Assembly (NCBI GenBank): GCA_951406725.2
Contig: OX597826.1
Location: forward strand, 39,370,001 to 39,434,000
DNA length: 64,000 nt
Direction: 5' to 3'
Source: Octopus vulgaris
Lineage: Eukaryota
The notes under the pieces were generated by a model. That model had not been told where the DNA came from. It did not search any database and saw nothing but the letters and a program-made list of their open reading frames with translations. Positions within the stretch are counted from its first letter, which is position 1, and each line of letters begins with the position of its first letter. Positions 1-13,891 of this stretch are shown piece by piece. The translations under genes were made by a program, and so were the position numbers.

Positions 1-881
1 TTTGTATACCGTAAAATTCGCACAGGAAACTCTTGTGAGTTTCGTAACTCCTTGTGAGTTTGTTTAACCCTCTTGAGTTTGTTAATTTCTCGCTGCCACT
101 GTTGTAATCTAACATCAGACTGTTATAACGTCCACTTCAGTATAGCAGTATAGTTAGTTAGACAAGTAAGGCACGACTGTCTCTGACCGACTACGCCGAC
201 TTCTCGACGTCACAATATTTGTAGCAACTATCACATATCACTCCCCTCGTGGGAGGGGGTGTTCCATTATTATTGTTATCCACATAACAGTTACAAATAT
301 AAAGAAATATTCCTTTTTCATCTCTTCATGTGTAAGGGAAATAAAACAGTGACTGAAATGTAATTCCAAACTCAAATCGTAAATCAATAGTAACTACCGA
401 AATGATTGATAATTCCACTGTCTGTTACTCTGGTGTACTTTGCTTTATCTTGTAACCTTTTACAATTCTATATTGAAATTAAAATTTGATTAATTTAATA
501 GCTTTAAAGATTTGTTTTGAAATAATTATCTCCTTTCTAATAACCGATTATTCGCTTTAGTTTATAATCTGCTGCTAAATCCTATTCTTTTATGCTAATT
601 ACACTGGGTAACGCCAGTTTTGCTTCTCTAAATGTGCTTAGTGTTTCTAAGGTAATTTTTCTCTTGATTTCAAAAATACTCTTGAAAATTGCATAGTATC
701 AATATTTTAGGAGATAACTTCGGTTTTCTAGAGAATGGGAACAAAATTTAGCTGCGATTGTACTGTATTCAAATTATTCACATTGTACATTAATAGGAAC
801 TAAAATATTTTGTCCTAATATTTATTTTTAAACTAATGAGACATGTGAGCAAAACTATGATGAGATTATAATAAGATTTTA

Positions 882-2564
882 CTAGAAATGCACCGAAGAT
901 CGTGCTCTCCTACTCTGAGCTCCTTTATCTTTACGCAACAATGACCATATATAGTCTCCCATCATTGCAGTGTCCCATCTTCCTTGGTATATTTTCTCCA
1001 TTGTAGCAATGTCCTGATGGAATCTTCCTCACTCACTTGGCATAAGCTTTCACGAAAAAGTCTAAATGCGAATGCAAGAAGTGTACCTTTAATGACATCC
1101 TACTGCCAAAATTCTTATAACTCTCAATAAGTTTTGCTACGAACTGCTTGTAGTTTGTTATTACCAAGGAATCCATTGACAATACTTCAAAATGCACACC
1201 GTGCCTGTCCTTCTAGACCACTCATCACATTTTCAAGCTTTACTGACCTCAGCATTTTCTTTACTTGAGGTCCAGTAAATATAACATCCTTAACGTTTGC
1301 CTCTTTGCAAAGAGTAGACGAATCTCTTGAAATGCTTCTCCACCACAATCTAGATCCGTTACAAACTGTTTTACCAGACCCAGCTTTATGTGAAGTTAAG
1401 AACACTTTTGAAGGTTCTACAAGAGGTTGTCTTATGACATTTAGCTTTCCTGGCTGGAGGTCATCTCTTAGAGGCAACTCAGCCTTTTGGTAATGTTCAT
1501 GATCAGCCCTGCTGTCCCTTTGGCAAAGAAAATATGAATACTTAGTGTACCCATCCTGTAATCCAAGTAAGAAGGCAAGCATTTTTAAGTCAGCACAAAC
1601 ATCCCATTTAAACTTATCATAGTTTACTTTATCAAGAAGCTCTTTACATTATCATATTCTTCCTTCATCTATACTGAGTATGCAATAGACAGGGATGGAT
1701 GCTGATTTCTATTGTGTAATAAAGCAGTTTTGAAACTCTTGTTGAGCTATCTCTGAAAAGTCGCCATTCTTCAGGGTTGTGGTAAATTCCAGTAACTGTA
1801 AACAAGCCACTTTGCAGAAGCAGAGACACTCACTTATGTCAAAGTATACTGCAAATTACTCATGGCGCCTCCTGTATATTGTTAACCTGCAGTCCTTCCC
1901 CAAGAGATTCCATTAATGGTTCCTGACTCAAATGATTCATCTATTTCTTCGTTGTTATCACCTCCAGACACTCCTGCTGAGACCTCCATCATATCCACTA
2001 CCTGAAATATTTGAAAGGTTGCATTTAATAATTGAAACCTTAATAAGAATTTTATGTGTAATCACATTATTTCAATATTGATTCTGTTACAATGAATGAA
2101 ATTTAGATTTGTTATTAACACTTTGATAGGATGTACTAACATTTTCTGGCGGCCGTGGAACTGGTAAGTTATTATCATGTGTCACTGATGCAACGGAGGA
2201 TTGAATGCTGGGATACAGAAGGGCTTTTCTTCCCTTAACTCTTCTGTAGTTTGATATATCAACTATGCAAAAATAGCAATAACCCTGATGGTTTTTTGGC
2301 TCTCGCGAAACTCTCGGAACAGCAAAAAGCATTATTTTTCTTGTACCTCTAAGCCATCCATCAAAATTTGATCTACAATTCCCCATATCACATGAGAGGC
2401 CCATGGTTTTCCTTGTTCACCCATACTCATTCCAAAATACAGTCTATGAGCAATCTAGTACTTAGCACCTTTCAGAATTTTGTATGCTACATGCTTGTTC
2501 TTCAAACATAGTATCCGCACACATAGCAGAATATATTTGAATTTCTGCATCCTCTTGTAACCAT
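882..2564 (-). pseudogene. Chapaev3-like transposase, frameshifted, with a probable intron at 2002-2140
   Basis: Manual translation and ORF track give MVTRGCRNSNIFCYVCG, REPKNHQGYCYFC, CADLKMLAFLLGLQDGYTKYSYFLC, MSLKVHFLHSHLDF and RFHQDIATMEKIYQGRWDTAMMGDYIW. GTTAGT...TTTCAG bounds an AT-rich 139-nt gap. Confidence 0.8.
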
Positions 2565-2989
2565 GGTCAGGAAAAATCGATGTTTACAATAAAAACCTGA
2601 AAAAGAAAGGTGAGTGTCAAATGTACAGTGCTCGTGATCAAACAGTGATCAAACAGGTATAGTCCCAAAACCAAATGGAACGCTGGACAAAAGATGGAGG
2701 GATGAGAGACAAAAGTGTAACACTTCCTTTCACTAGCTCTGGTAGCCACGAGAGCACTGAGGTATCTCTGTTGAGTTTGCTGTGTGTAGCAGAAAGCGGT
2801 GACGACACTGCCTTTTCTCTTAAACCTTTCAATACTTTTATACGAATAATGAAGGTAAAATATAAACTTTAGGAATGAATGATTTATTAGTAGAACAGAA
2901 AAATATGTTTTACAGCAAGAGTTACGTTACGCAACGACCTGTGATCAAGTGATATTAGAGCTTTTGTTTACGTAGGCAGTTTCCAGATG

Positions 2990-3130
2990 TACGATGATAT
3001 GTGTATATAATGATATGTGTATATGATGATATGTGATTTATTATATGTATGATGTATGATGTATGTATGATGTATGATGATATGTATTATGTATGATGTA
3101 TGATGATATGTAATGTATGATGATGTGTAT
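2990..3130. repeat. ATGAT/ATGT low-complexity repeat inside the Chapaev element
   Basis: Visible directly. Confidence 0.8.
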
Positions 3131-4182
3131 ATATTAGCATAATTCGACATATCTCACAAACGGTCATTGATAGAGAAAAAATAAGCACATTGTTTGGAAT
3201 CAGCACAAAATTTCGAATTAAAATCACTCAAAGCAATGAGACAATCAACACTTTTCTGAAAATTTGTAACCCAATGTTATATTCAATTTTAAATAATTGC
3301 CATTATCATACACTTACCGCCCGTTATAGTTTTCATTATTTCCCTTTAAGTAGACCCACAAATAATTTATCAGTCCATTTACCCTTGTTCATTGTTGAAT
3401 AAGACTTGCTTTATTTTACTCACATATAATCTTGTCTAGCCAACATGGCGTTTATGTACGTACAGCATCATAAATTCGCTGTTTCTCAGTATTAATTCCA
3501 TTTTTGTCGTCTAGAGAAGCTGTTACGCTCGTTAACTCAAAGTAACTAAATATATAACTCAGCTGGAACAAATTAATTATACTTTATATGCATTGATTAC
3601 TATTTCTTCCGTTTTCAACGAATATACATTTATACATGCATATATATATATATATATGTGTGTATGTGTGTGTGTTTGTATGTGTGTGTATGTGCATATG
3701 TATTAAATTATTTATCGATTATTTTTTAATAAAGATACGAAAACAAGAAATCAATAGATTTATGCCAAGGAAACTTTGAGAGCTATGTCAGAAGTAAGGA
3801 AATTAAATTTTGAACAATAAACTTCAAGATTTAAACAAAAGCGGGTCATAGAATATTATATCTTCTCTTGTATTGCAATGAATAATTCTGCTGTGGTCGG
3901 AGTCGCAATACTCACACACACATTCGCATAGTCATACATACAGACATACACACACATATATAATATATATACTCATACGCACACATTCACATTCACATAA
4001 CATATTAGAGCATACTATACAATTCAAATGAGTCCAATCAGGTTCAATTCTCCGTTTGTTAGTTATTGCATGTGACTTCCCTCGTGTTTCTAATACTATC
4101 GAAATAACAGAATGTCACACTATCCATTTTGTTCCCTAGTAAATGTCAGGATTTTGAATTCATTTCATTTACATAATGATGA

Positions 4183-5156
4183 TTGATTCGTTTATTGTAT
4201 GAAAACTTCGAATGTCAAGTTATACACAACAATAAACTGATAGATGCCTTCAAAATCAAAACTGGAGTCACCAATCTTATTTTCATTGACAGTGAATTGG
4301 TTGATGCAAAAGAACGACAGGAAAATATAAACACAACTCAACCAGAAGATTTAGATTATGCAGAGGATATTCGTTTGTTCTCATACACGCCTCAAGAGTC
4401 ACAAGACAAATATGAAAGACTTAGTCAAATAGTCAACACCATAAGTGTATGCGCGTTGAGAAAACCAACGATGAGAAAACGTACACTCCTTGTAAAAATA
4501 TATAAGATGCTGACCATGTGACTTTGAACGACAAACCAGTCGCAAATGTTGACGAATTTGAACTATCTAGGCACCAAAATAACAAGGTATGGAGACTGCA
4601 TTGATGAAGTAAATACAAGAATCAATAAAGCCAACCAATCAGTCAGTATTTTAAACTCAATATGGGAATCACGAATACACAGCAAGAGCACCAAAATCCG
4701 ATTTTACAAAACCAACATGCTTAGCATCCTCTATGGATCTGAATTTGGAAAACAACCAAAAGTATTGAAAAGAAATTGGAGGTGTCTCAAATTAAATGTT
4801 TACGATACATTTTGAGTCTACTGGCCTAATATGATCTCGAATAGCCAACTACACACCAAAGCTAATGTGAAACCAATAAGAGAAACTATTGAAGCAAGGA
4901 GATGGAAATGGTTGAGTCGAGTTTGTCGCTGTAAACCGAACTCTGTTGTCAGGATCGTTTTGCAATGGGTTCCAGAAGGTAAAAGAAGACGTGGCAAACC
5001 AAAGGAAACGTAGCAGAGAACAATAACAAAAGATCTTAAAAGAAGAGGGTTAACAATGGAACAAGCTGTCAAGGACGCTTTTAGTATTAGAAGATGGAAT
5101 GATCTTGTTGTCGCTTCAAGTACGGCGGAGCATAATGAGAACCGGATGAATGAATG
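4183..5156 (+). mobile_element. RTE-clade LINE, 5'-truncated decayed 3' part (RT C-terminus)
   Basis: DLDYAED (YADD box), YLGTKITRYGDCIDEVNTRINKA, RRWKWL...LQWVPEGKRRRGKPKET; ends in (TGAA)n. Confidence 0.85.
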
Positions 5157-6195
5157 TTGCTCAGTTTAACATCATGAACAGCTCTTCTCTGTCTTTTGCT
5201 GAATGCATTCTGTTGCAGTACCCCTCTCACTATGTCTCTAAGTGTAACTCACCAGAGTTCTAGTCTCAGGGTAAATAGTTCAATATTTTCTTAACACATC
5301 AGTAACTCATGATTTGTAGTTTCATGCTCCCTTTCTCATACAAGGCTATGCCAAAGGTCAAGGTCACCACTGTATTTGTCAAGGCTATAAAAGAAACCAT
5401 AAAAAATATGTAAAAATGATATAATTTGACTCCGTACAAGAAACTTTATAAGCGTTCTGTCGATTACAATAATGGCTGTAATCTGATCATACACAATATT
5501 GATTTCTAACATAGGCTCAGGAGTAAAACAATATTAGGGTGAAGTGTATGCGGGTTGAGAAAATCGATTATGTACTAGATTTTTTACTGTTTAGATAAGG
5601 AGGGAGAATGAGGGTGTCATGTTCCTTTTTTTAAGAACCGCTGAGAGTGTCGGGAGCAAGAAGCGTGGAATGATTGCCTGCAATAAAGGGAATTTCACCT
5701 ACAATATCCAAGGACTAGTTAACAGGGGTTAAATAGAACATTTATGCGCAAGAAATAATGCTACGAAGCATCTTATGCAACAGTTCTACAATCTCATAAT
5801 CCCTTTCTCAGGACAATTCAATTATTGACTGCTAAAGGAGAAAAAGTAAAGTGAACTTTGAACTCAGAATGCAGACAACCAGAGCAAAGTAAACATTTTG
5901 TTCTACAGACTAACGATTGAATTAGCAAAGTCATGTCAAGTGAACTCTGTTGAGATTCAGATTCACAAAAGAGAAGTAGAAACAAAAGACAGTTTCTTAT
6001 TTAGAAGGAATATAACCAATGGAGAGGGATGGGGACAGACATAGAGGGGGATGAGAAAAATATATATCATATATGCTTACAAAGATACATAAATGCCTTT
6101 CTAATATTTTATATATATATTATATTGTGTGGAATTTGATTTAGTATTTCTAAATTGAATTCGTTTTCCTTGTAAGTTTGGATTTTATTCCCTCA

Positions 6196-6241
<46 letters not shown>

Positions 6242-6510
6242 TATATATATATATATAAATGGATGAATGAATTATCATTTGTTAACCGTTAACTTGGAAA
6301 ATTCAATGAACAGTTTTCAGGGTAGCAAAATTCACGCAAGTAACACGGATGAAGCGACCTATTTAAAGGTAGAAACTCCGGCTCAATGTGCAGTAATTTT
6401 TGTAGTATAAGTAAATAAATGGAGTTGAACGAAGATGTTATTAATATTCTTTTACTTCACCATAATATGGTTTTACTCCTGAACATCTTCGTTCAACTCC
6501 ATTTATTTAC

Positions 6511-6579
<69 letters not shown>

Positions 6580-6645
6580 AACTAAGGTTATAGAACAAAC
6601 AAATGCAAGGTCATCCGCATAATATTTCATAATTCGAACATTTAA

Positions 6646-6857
6646 TCATAGAATATACATATAAACATCCCGCAAGATGGAACATAATTCATCTGTACAA
6701 GCATATAAGCATATAATAAGGTGTGAGAAAAAAGTTCATCACGGTTTAGAGTTAATACTTTAGCGATTCAGAAAAATACATTTTTTTAAAAAACATTACA
6801 ACACCTAGAAAGTAAAAATATAATATAAAGTAATATATAAAAATATATAGGTATATA

Positions 6858-6917
<60 letters not shown>

Positions 6918-7360
6918 AAGCATATAAAAAATATATAATATATATGATGTAAATAAAAGTTCATCGTTTAGAAATCTTATAAAATTATTATTCAAGTAAG
7001 AGAAGCCTTATAGTTAAAAAAGAGGAAACCATATTTACATAATCCCTATGGCCATTTCAGGGGTGTATTATTATGTTTAAAGCACTTGGGTGCATCAAGA
7101 TAATACCTCCTTCGTCAGGGGAAAAAATACAGAAAGACAGACATCATCGCGTACCAGGCTAGCACAATGTTGTGTGCTTTCCTATTGAAGCATTTTTTTT
7201 CTTTTGGGCTTATCCGAACATGAAATGTATTTTTCTGAATCGCTAAAATATTAACTCTAAACTGTGATGAACTTTTTTCTCGCACCTTATTATATGCTTA
7301 TATGCTTGTACAGATGAATTATGTTCCATCTTGCGGGATGTTTATATGTATATTCTATGA
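6646..7360. repeat. 138-bp inverted repeat (6646-6783 / 7223-7360), probable Penelope-like inverted pLTR remnant
   Basis: Arms are reverse complements with 3 mismatches; they enclose (TA)n and a hammerhead motif. Confidence 0.8.
7043..7122 (-). ncRNA. Type I hammerhead ribozyme motif
   Basis: Minus strand: tccc CTGACGA aggaggtattat...ataatacacccct GAAA tggcca TA ggga; intact core, palindromic helix III. Confidence 0.7.
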
Positions 7361-7600
7361 GAAATTTTATTAAATTGTTTCGCCACATCTAGCATCGATT
7401 CCTCACGAGTGGGATGCTTAAATGTTTTAGGAGCATCCGGCAGTAAAGATGCGTCTCTTTGGGTGATAGATAGATATATCTAGTTAAAATAACAGTTCTG
7501 CAATGTTCCTTTTCATATCGTGTAAAGAAAGGCCGCAAAACAAAAAAATATTTCTTCATTTATATAGAAAATCAAAACTAAAATAAAATATAGTAAAGAA

Positions 7601-7825
7601 GTGTAGCTTAGTGGTTAAGGTATTCGGCTCATGATCGTAAGGTCATGCGTTTGGTTTCAGGCATCACATTGTGTCCTTGAGCAAGACACTTTATCTCACG
7701 TTGTTCCAGTTCACTCAGTTCGCAAAAGGGCCAGCCTCGTCACATTGTGTCACGCTGAATCTCACTGAGATCTATGCTAAGAGTATGCGTGTTTGTGGAG
7801 AACTCAGCCAATTGCACGTTAATTT

Positions 7826-7830
<5 letters not shown>
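7601..7830 (+). mobile_element. Decayed tRNA-derived SINE with CORE-like segment
   Basis: A-box TAGCTTAGTGG, degenerate B-box, then gtgtccttgagcaagacacttta. Confidence 0.55.
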
Positions 7831-7858
<28 letters not shown>

Positions 7859-7860
<2 letters not shown>

Positions 7861-8020
7861 CGCAGGAGTAGCTGTTTGGTAAATAGATTGCTTACCGACC
7901 ACATGGTTCCGCGCTCAGACCCATTGCGTGGCATCTTGGGCATGTATCTTCTACTATAGCCTCAGGCCGACCAAAGTCTTGTGTGTAGATTTGGTAGACG
8001 GAAACTGAAAGAAGCCCGTC
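7859..8020 (+). mobile_element. SINE family A, 5' half
   Basis: Matches the ggcgcaggagtggctgtgtggtaag...gaaagaagcccgtc unit repeated many times in this window. Confidence 0.85.
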
Positions 8021-8066
8021 TTTTATATGTATATCTAGATATATATGCATATATTTATCTTTGTAA

Positions 8067-8121
<55 letters not shown>

Positions 8122-8124
<3 letters not shown>

Positions 8125-9335
8125 TTAAGGACAGATTTACGGTTTAAAAGAGACACTTATATAATACCAGAAAAACTGTATTTTTATAAAAATAACATAA
8201 ACATAAAGCTAAATTATCAATTTAATAATTTCATTCAATAAGATCACCATCAATAACTGCCTCTACGCGGGGTCGAAGTCGTTTACAAGCTCGGAGTATG
8301 TGCTCCTTGTTCATATCGGACATGACTCGAAATATGGTGGTTTTCAAAGAATCGTTGTTGCTATAAGGGTGTTCATTGACATTTTTCTCAACGGTGCTCC
8401 ATACATAGCAGTCCAATGGATCGAGATCTGGAGAATTAGGAGGTCAGATATTGGGGGGTAATGGGATCATGTAAATTGCCGTCCATCCATTCTTGTGTCT
8501 TTGAGCCTTGTGTGTTGGTGTAGAATCTTGTTGAAAGACATAAGGCCTTCCATTGCATACACTGTTGATATAACATCTTAACATCTTTATCCAGAACCTT
8601 AATATACGTAGCAGCACTCATCCTAAGGCGTTGTGGAAAAAGGTGAAGAGGCAGCACATGTCCTTCATTGCTAAAAATAACCCAAACCATGACACTTGTA
8701 GGCAATTTTGTGTGCATTACTTTTGGAACCTCCGAAGGGCCTGCGCATAGTCATCTGTCATTTCTCCTGTTAGTTTTTTATTACTGGTCAAAATTTTTCT
8801 CATCTGAGAAAAACCAAACCACACCATCTTTTGATGGACTTTTATGCTTGCTCATAAGTCTTTGGAACTGATTAAACGGTTTTCTTTTGTTTGTGTCTGA
8901 CATGAATTGACCTCTCCTCCTCAACTGAGATGCCTTCATGCACAATATTTCTGGTACACAACATTCTTTAGCAGTTGACCTCATTGATTTTCCTGGATTG
9001 TCTTCAATGTTTTGCTTAACTTCCTGAATAAATTTAGGTGTCCCGAGGAAATCAGAGCGTTTGGAATGTGTGTTTACGTTTTGATACAAGTATTACGTTT
9101 CCATCTTTCTCTAACTCACACCAAATCTTGTGGACAAAAGATCTAGCAACTTTCAGAAAAAGAGAAATTTCTAAATCGCCATACTTAGCCTTCAAAGCCA
9201 CAATCAGCATGCCTTTTCATTTTATCAGTAAGCATAGGGCCTGTCATTGTTATCTTCTGAAATAGAAGCTCAATAAAAATTAGTCAAATTAAATAATGGC
9301 TAAAACTGCATGTGTCCTCAAATATCGTCCGTGCC

Positions 9336-9338
<3 letters not shown>
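8122..9338 (-). mobile_element. Tc1/mariner-superfamily transposon (maT/DD37D-like), decayed
   Basis: VWFFSDEKNFDQ, SVMVW...SNEG, PNSPDLDPLDCYVWSTVE, RACKRLRPRVEAVI. Right end ...gccctg|TA; left TIR poorly preserved. Confidence 0.75.
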
Positions 9339-9393
<55 letters not shown>

Positions 9394-11597
9394 TTGTTGG
9401 ACAAAGTCAATTTCGGTAGAAACAGAACTCAGAACGCAAAGAGCCGAAACTATATTTTACTCCAAGATTTTTCCTGAAGCTTTACCGAACCTGCAAGGCA
9501 ATCAACCAAATCAATAACCAAAATCTTACATAGTTTATAAAACAGCAAATACGGTATGGGGTGTAAAATGTTTTCTTCATACTTGAAATGCGGCGAGTAT
9601 TTTATTATTATTATTATATTGAAGCTTACATTATGTTCAAGTTTGTGTTAATTTCAAGTGTATATTATATCCAGACTATATATCTGTTTATAGAAGTCTT
9701 GTACTTCTATTCCTTTATTCCCTCCATTAATATTGTTTAAAATAATCTTAATAAAGCAAACAGCATTACGTTGTTGCTAATTTATATATATATGTTTCAT
9801 TTCGTAAACATTTTTAATCGTAATATTCATATTTAAAACATTTCCAAGATTTATATTCTATAATATTTATTTATTTGATTATATTAAAATGATCAAGAGC
9901 TTTGAAGACATTTACTTAAGAAAACTTCAAGTGTTTATTCGCAGTTCTTTAATTTCCTGTTTTAGAATTGTACGATGTTTGGAAAAAAGACTTGCAGAGA
10001 TCTACAAACAAATTAATTTTCCACATTTAACCATTTATAATGGGAACATATTTTTGAGATTTAAAGTTTGTTATAGGTGTTGTTGTTAATGTGCTTTTAG
10101 TCCTCGAAAAACTCAGATGATATTATAGTTGTAATCATCAGGTCTGTTTTTAAGGCACATTTTATGTCTTAAAAAAATATTTTTTTAATAAAACTATTGG
10201 GTGTAACTTGAGAGTGGTTTGGTCGTTATTTTTAGAAGGCTGAATGACCACGTAGAAGCATTACGATGAATCGAGAGAAAGAGGTAAATTGTGTGGACGA
10301 ATTTTCTACAAGATATAAGCGAGGCAAATGAAATTTAAAAATAAGTACTCTGACAGGGACTCGAAACAGGTTTGCATATTTCACATTTTGGGAGATCGAT
10401 TCGTTGTATACCATTTAACCAGCATTACTGCCCAGACATAGGACCAGTGGCATATATATCTACACTACTTAACTGATATTATTTCCCAGACATATGGGCA
10501 GCGCCATCACCATGTATGTCAAGCAATCTCAATTGGGTTTGTAAACCAGCTGTTATTGCACAGTAGGAATTTACTGGTTTCAAGAACTGTCATTTTTGAA
10601 GATTAGTAAGTGAAGTTGTACCTATGTTAAAAAATATAAATTCAGTCAACAAAGACCCTTTTAGTCAATCCATTCGATAAAAGCGGCTGTGAAATTGCCC
10701 TCAAATTGTATCGTTAGAAAAATACATGTTAAATAATATAGGCGTGAATGAATTATTCTTGAAAAATAAAAGGAGTGGAACAGGGTTTGATTTTCTTGTG
10801 CGGTACCTTGGCCATGTAACTTGTACCGTGGTCTTATGTTATCCATAGCATTGCAAATGCAATGTCATAGAAAGAAACAGTACAAAAGCTTATTGGAAGA
10901 ACCGCTCCTGTTTTAATGGGCGACACTTAACCCATATCCTTGCTTAACTGGTTAAAGTTAATTCATATGAATTAAAGTTATTCGTCTCCCGGTTCAACAT
11001 CACTACCTGACCCATGGATGTCTTTAGCACTCTCATGTATTCAAATCATGCCTCCAATATAACGGATGGGGAAACTTCTAGCAGTTTAGCAGAGAGACTA
11101 AAGGAATATTGGTGGTCGTATAAAGGTAGTCATCTATATTTTGTCAGTATGCCAAAGATTAACGTGGCGGCATGCTGAACCGAATTAACATCGATACCTT
11201 GTCTCGACACTCAAAAGACCCGTCGCTTTGATAGATACACGAGTCTGCACTCATAAATGAGACATTACCCATACTGAATAGAAAATATACCTTGTAGGTA
11301 GTAGAACAACAACCTCAATGTTACCACTCACACAATATGCATACATGAATGCGTCCGTGTGGGTAGGTGGGCATCTGTGTGGTGATATAGGCAGATAGGT
11401 AAAGAATAAGGTTAGAAGGACAGCAGGATGCTTGGAAATCCATGTGAATATGAACAACTCAAATACACAACCATATACATCCACGCACACGCGCACGTTG
11501 GTATAGATAAAGTAGGATTGGAATGACAGCAGGATACAAGGAAACCGATACAAATTAATACATGAATAATTCCAATTTGTGTGGACACACACACAAA

Positions 11598-11672
11598 TAC
11601 ATACATACATACATACATACATACATACATACATACATACATACATACATACATACATACATACATACATAC
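11598..11672. repeat. (TACA)n microsatellite at the start of a long CA-rich degenerate tract
   Basis: Visible directly. Confidence 0.95.
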
Positions 11673-12296
11673 AGACAGACACACACACACAGAGAGGAAC
11701 GCAAGAACACTCAACCACACAAACGTCCGCACACACGCACTACATATACACGCGTACACACAGACATGAACTGGTACACGTGCACAGGTACGGGCATACA
11801 CATATGCATAGAAGCACACACAGACACATGCACATCCATGCACACCCACACACACTCAACCCCCATACAAGAACGCGTACCTGCAAACATACACAGAGAT
11901 GCTTACCTTTCAAAAAACCTCTACACCGCACGCATATCCTGGTACGCACACATATAATGGAGTGCGCACGCATAAGCAAACAATCACACATTCACACACA
12001 CACACACACGAACACACTCACAGAACCGACTTAATTACACAAACATCCACACTATACCGCACACTTGCGCGCGCGGGCAGATGCTCACACACCTACCCTC
12101 TCTCCGCATAAGGATCTACATCCATATGTCAAGCAAATCCCAGAATATCTAAGACCGAAATGACCTTGAACAAAAGGTCGAGTCCTTAAAAAGGTCATGG
12201 ATGGCTAAAGCAAATACATGTACAAACACACGAATACAAATAAAAGCAGTCCTGTGGCTGTAAACGCACAACCATACACACGCGCACGCCAATGCG

Positions 12297-12332
<36 letters not shown>

Positions 12333-12583
12333 TACACAGACGCACACACATAATTTTCGCTTACCCTCTCTTTACATTCTCTCGTAGGCAACAACATCTG
12401 CATACACGTATACGGGCAAGCATGCACAATGGCATAGGACTAATTCTCGGACAATCTTAGGCAGACCTCGAAGAGACGGGGTATGTCACTGAAAAAGTGA
12501 CGAACAGCGACGAAAGAACTTTGACTAACAAACAACCGATTGATTGTTTAACCAGTACATTAAAGAAACGATCGAAACAACTA

Positions 12584-12666
12584 AGGCGGCGAGCTGGCAG
12601 AAACGTTAGTACGCCGGGCGAAATGCTTAGCAGTGTTTCGTCTATCTTTACTTCTGAGTTCAAATT
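12584..12666 (+). mobile_element. SINE family B, 5' fragment
   Basis: ggcggcgagctggcagaaacgttag...ttctgagttcaaatt matches the copy at 24181-24556. Confidence 0.7.
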
Positions 12667-13586
12667 GCCATATCCTCGAATTGTCGTAGCTTTCAGATAA
12701 AGCCATCCTCCCTGGTTGGGCGAACAAGCCAAGATTACCTCTTCTGTTTAGATAGCTTTCAAATTCTAGTATATACAGCGTGCCATTATCATGGATTTCG
12801 AAATTTAATTTTCGTTGGCTGGACTGTGTGTGCTGAATGCTGTACGTTCTTAATGTTTTGACATTTTCTAGCAGTTAAAGAAAAGATAATCACGAATGTT
12901 TTTGTATATAACTGGTGTTGTGAGTTATGAATTACAGAGTACTCAATACATGATGGCCTATCCTCTGAAGAAGATATTACATGTTTAATGTACAATACAT
13001 AATGAGCCATTTTCACTTGATGTCTGACATTACTTTGTTCTTAATACTATTTGAAAACAAGATATATCTCTGGCTTCCTGGCATTCAGCAGATAGGGAAT
13101 AACGAAACGCTGCAGAAAATCCAGTTAATTGTACGAAAAATTCTCCGAAAATATTACCCATATTTCACGAGCTCATTAAATAAATAAAAAAGCCTTGAGT
13201 TACAGGTTCTGCTATCGAACGCGAAGAAATATTGGATTAAATCGTCTAACATGCAAAGCAATAGAGGAAATTGATAAATTTTGCTCTTATGTATGGCCTA
13301 TTTTTTATTAATGAGGTTTTTAATGATTGGATGCCTTTCCTATCACCAGCTACTTCACAGACTGATTCGAACACAAGAACTATCTATAGCTCTTGACACG
13401 TAATATTTCCCCTGTTGGCTGGCGCCTCTATGTAATGCAAACTTTTTTAGTAGTACAGGGAAGAAAATTTATAGAAAATTCATTAGAAAAAAATAAAACC
13501 ATAAAACGACATATTATTTAAGTGTGGAAGGATTTATATTTTCAGTTCCCTATTATATATCTAATTTGTGAGCGCGGAACTGAGTG

Positions 13587-13891
13587 TTGTTTTTGCTGTG
13601 TTGTTCCTTCTCGAGCCATGCCTGGCTCATAAGGGCCGGTTTTCCCGGTTTCATTGACGTATAGGTTCCCCACTTGGACGGGATGCCGGTCCGTCTCAGG
13701 TGAGCTACTAGATGCAGGAGGAAAGAGTGAGAGAGAGTTGTAGCGAAAGAGTCAATAGAAGTTCGCCATTACCTTCTGCCGGAGCCGCGTGGAGCTTAGG
13801 TCTTTCGCTCATAAACACACACACCGCCCGGTCTGAAATTCGAACCCGCGATCCCTCGACCGCTGCTCTAACCACTAAGCCATGTGCCTCT
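13587..13891 (-). mobile_element. tRNA-derived SINE (family C) with target-site duplication
   Basis: A-box TGGCTTAGTGG, B-box GGTTCGAATTT, CAA-rich tail; flanked by aactgagtg at 13578-13586 and 13898-13906. Confidence 0.8.

Larger units (their letters stand above)
602..3276 (-). mobile_element. Chapaev3-type (CMC) DNA transposon, full length but decayed
   Basis: Ends CACTGGGTAAC (602-612) and GTAACCCAATG (3266-3276) are imperfect TIRs (9/11). Each end is flanked by TTA (599-601, 3277-3279), a 3-bp TWA TSD. Contains the transposase pseudogene below. Confidence 0.85.

Noticed and set aside
1-250. Possible LTR end with polypurine tract (minus strand gaggggag-TGATATGTG)
   Set aside because: Truncated by the window edge; no second LTR or adjacent ORF
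13820-13891. tRNA gene
   Set aside because: A and B boxes are present, but there is no full cloverleaf and it continues into a SINE body with tail and TSD
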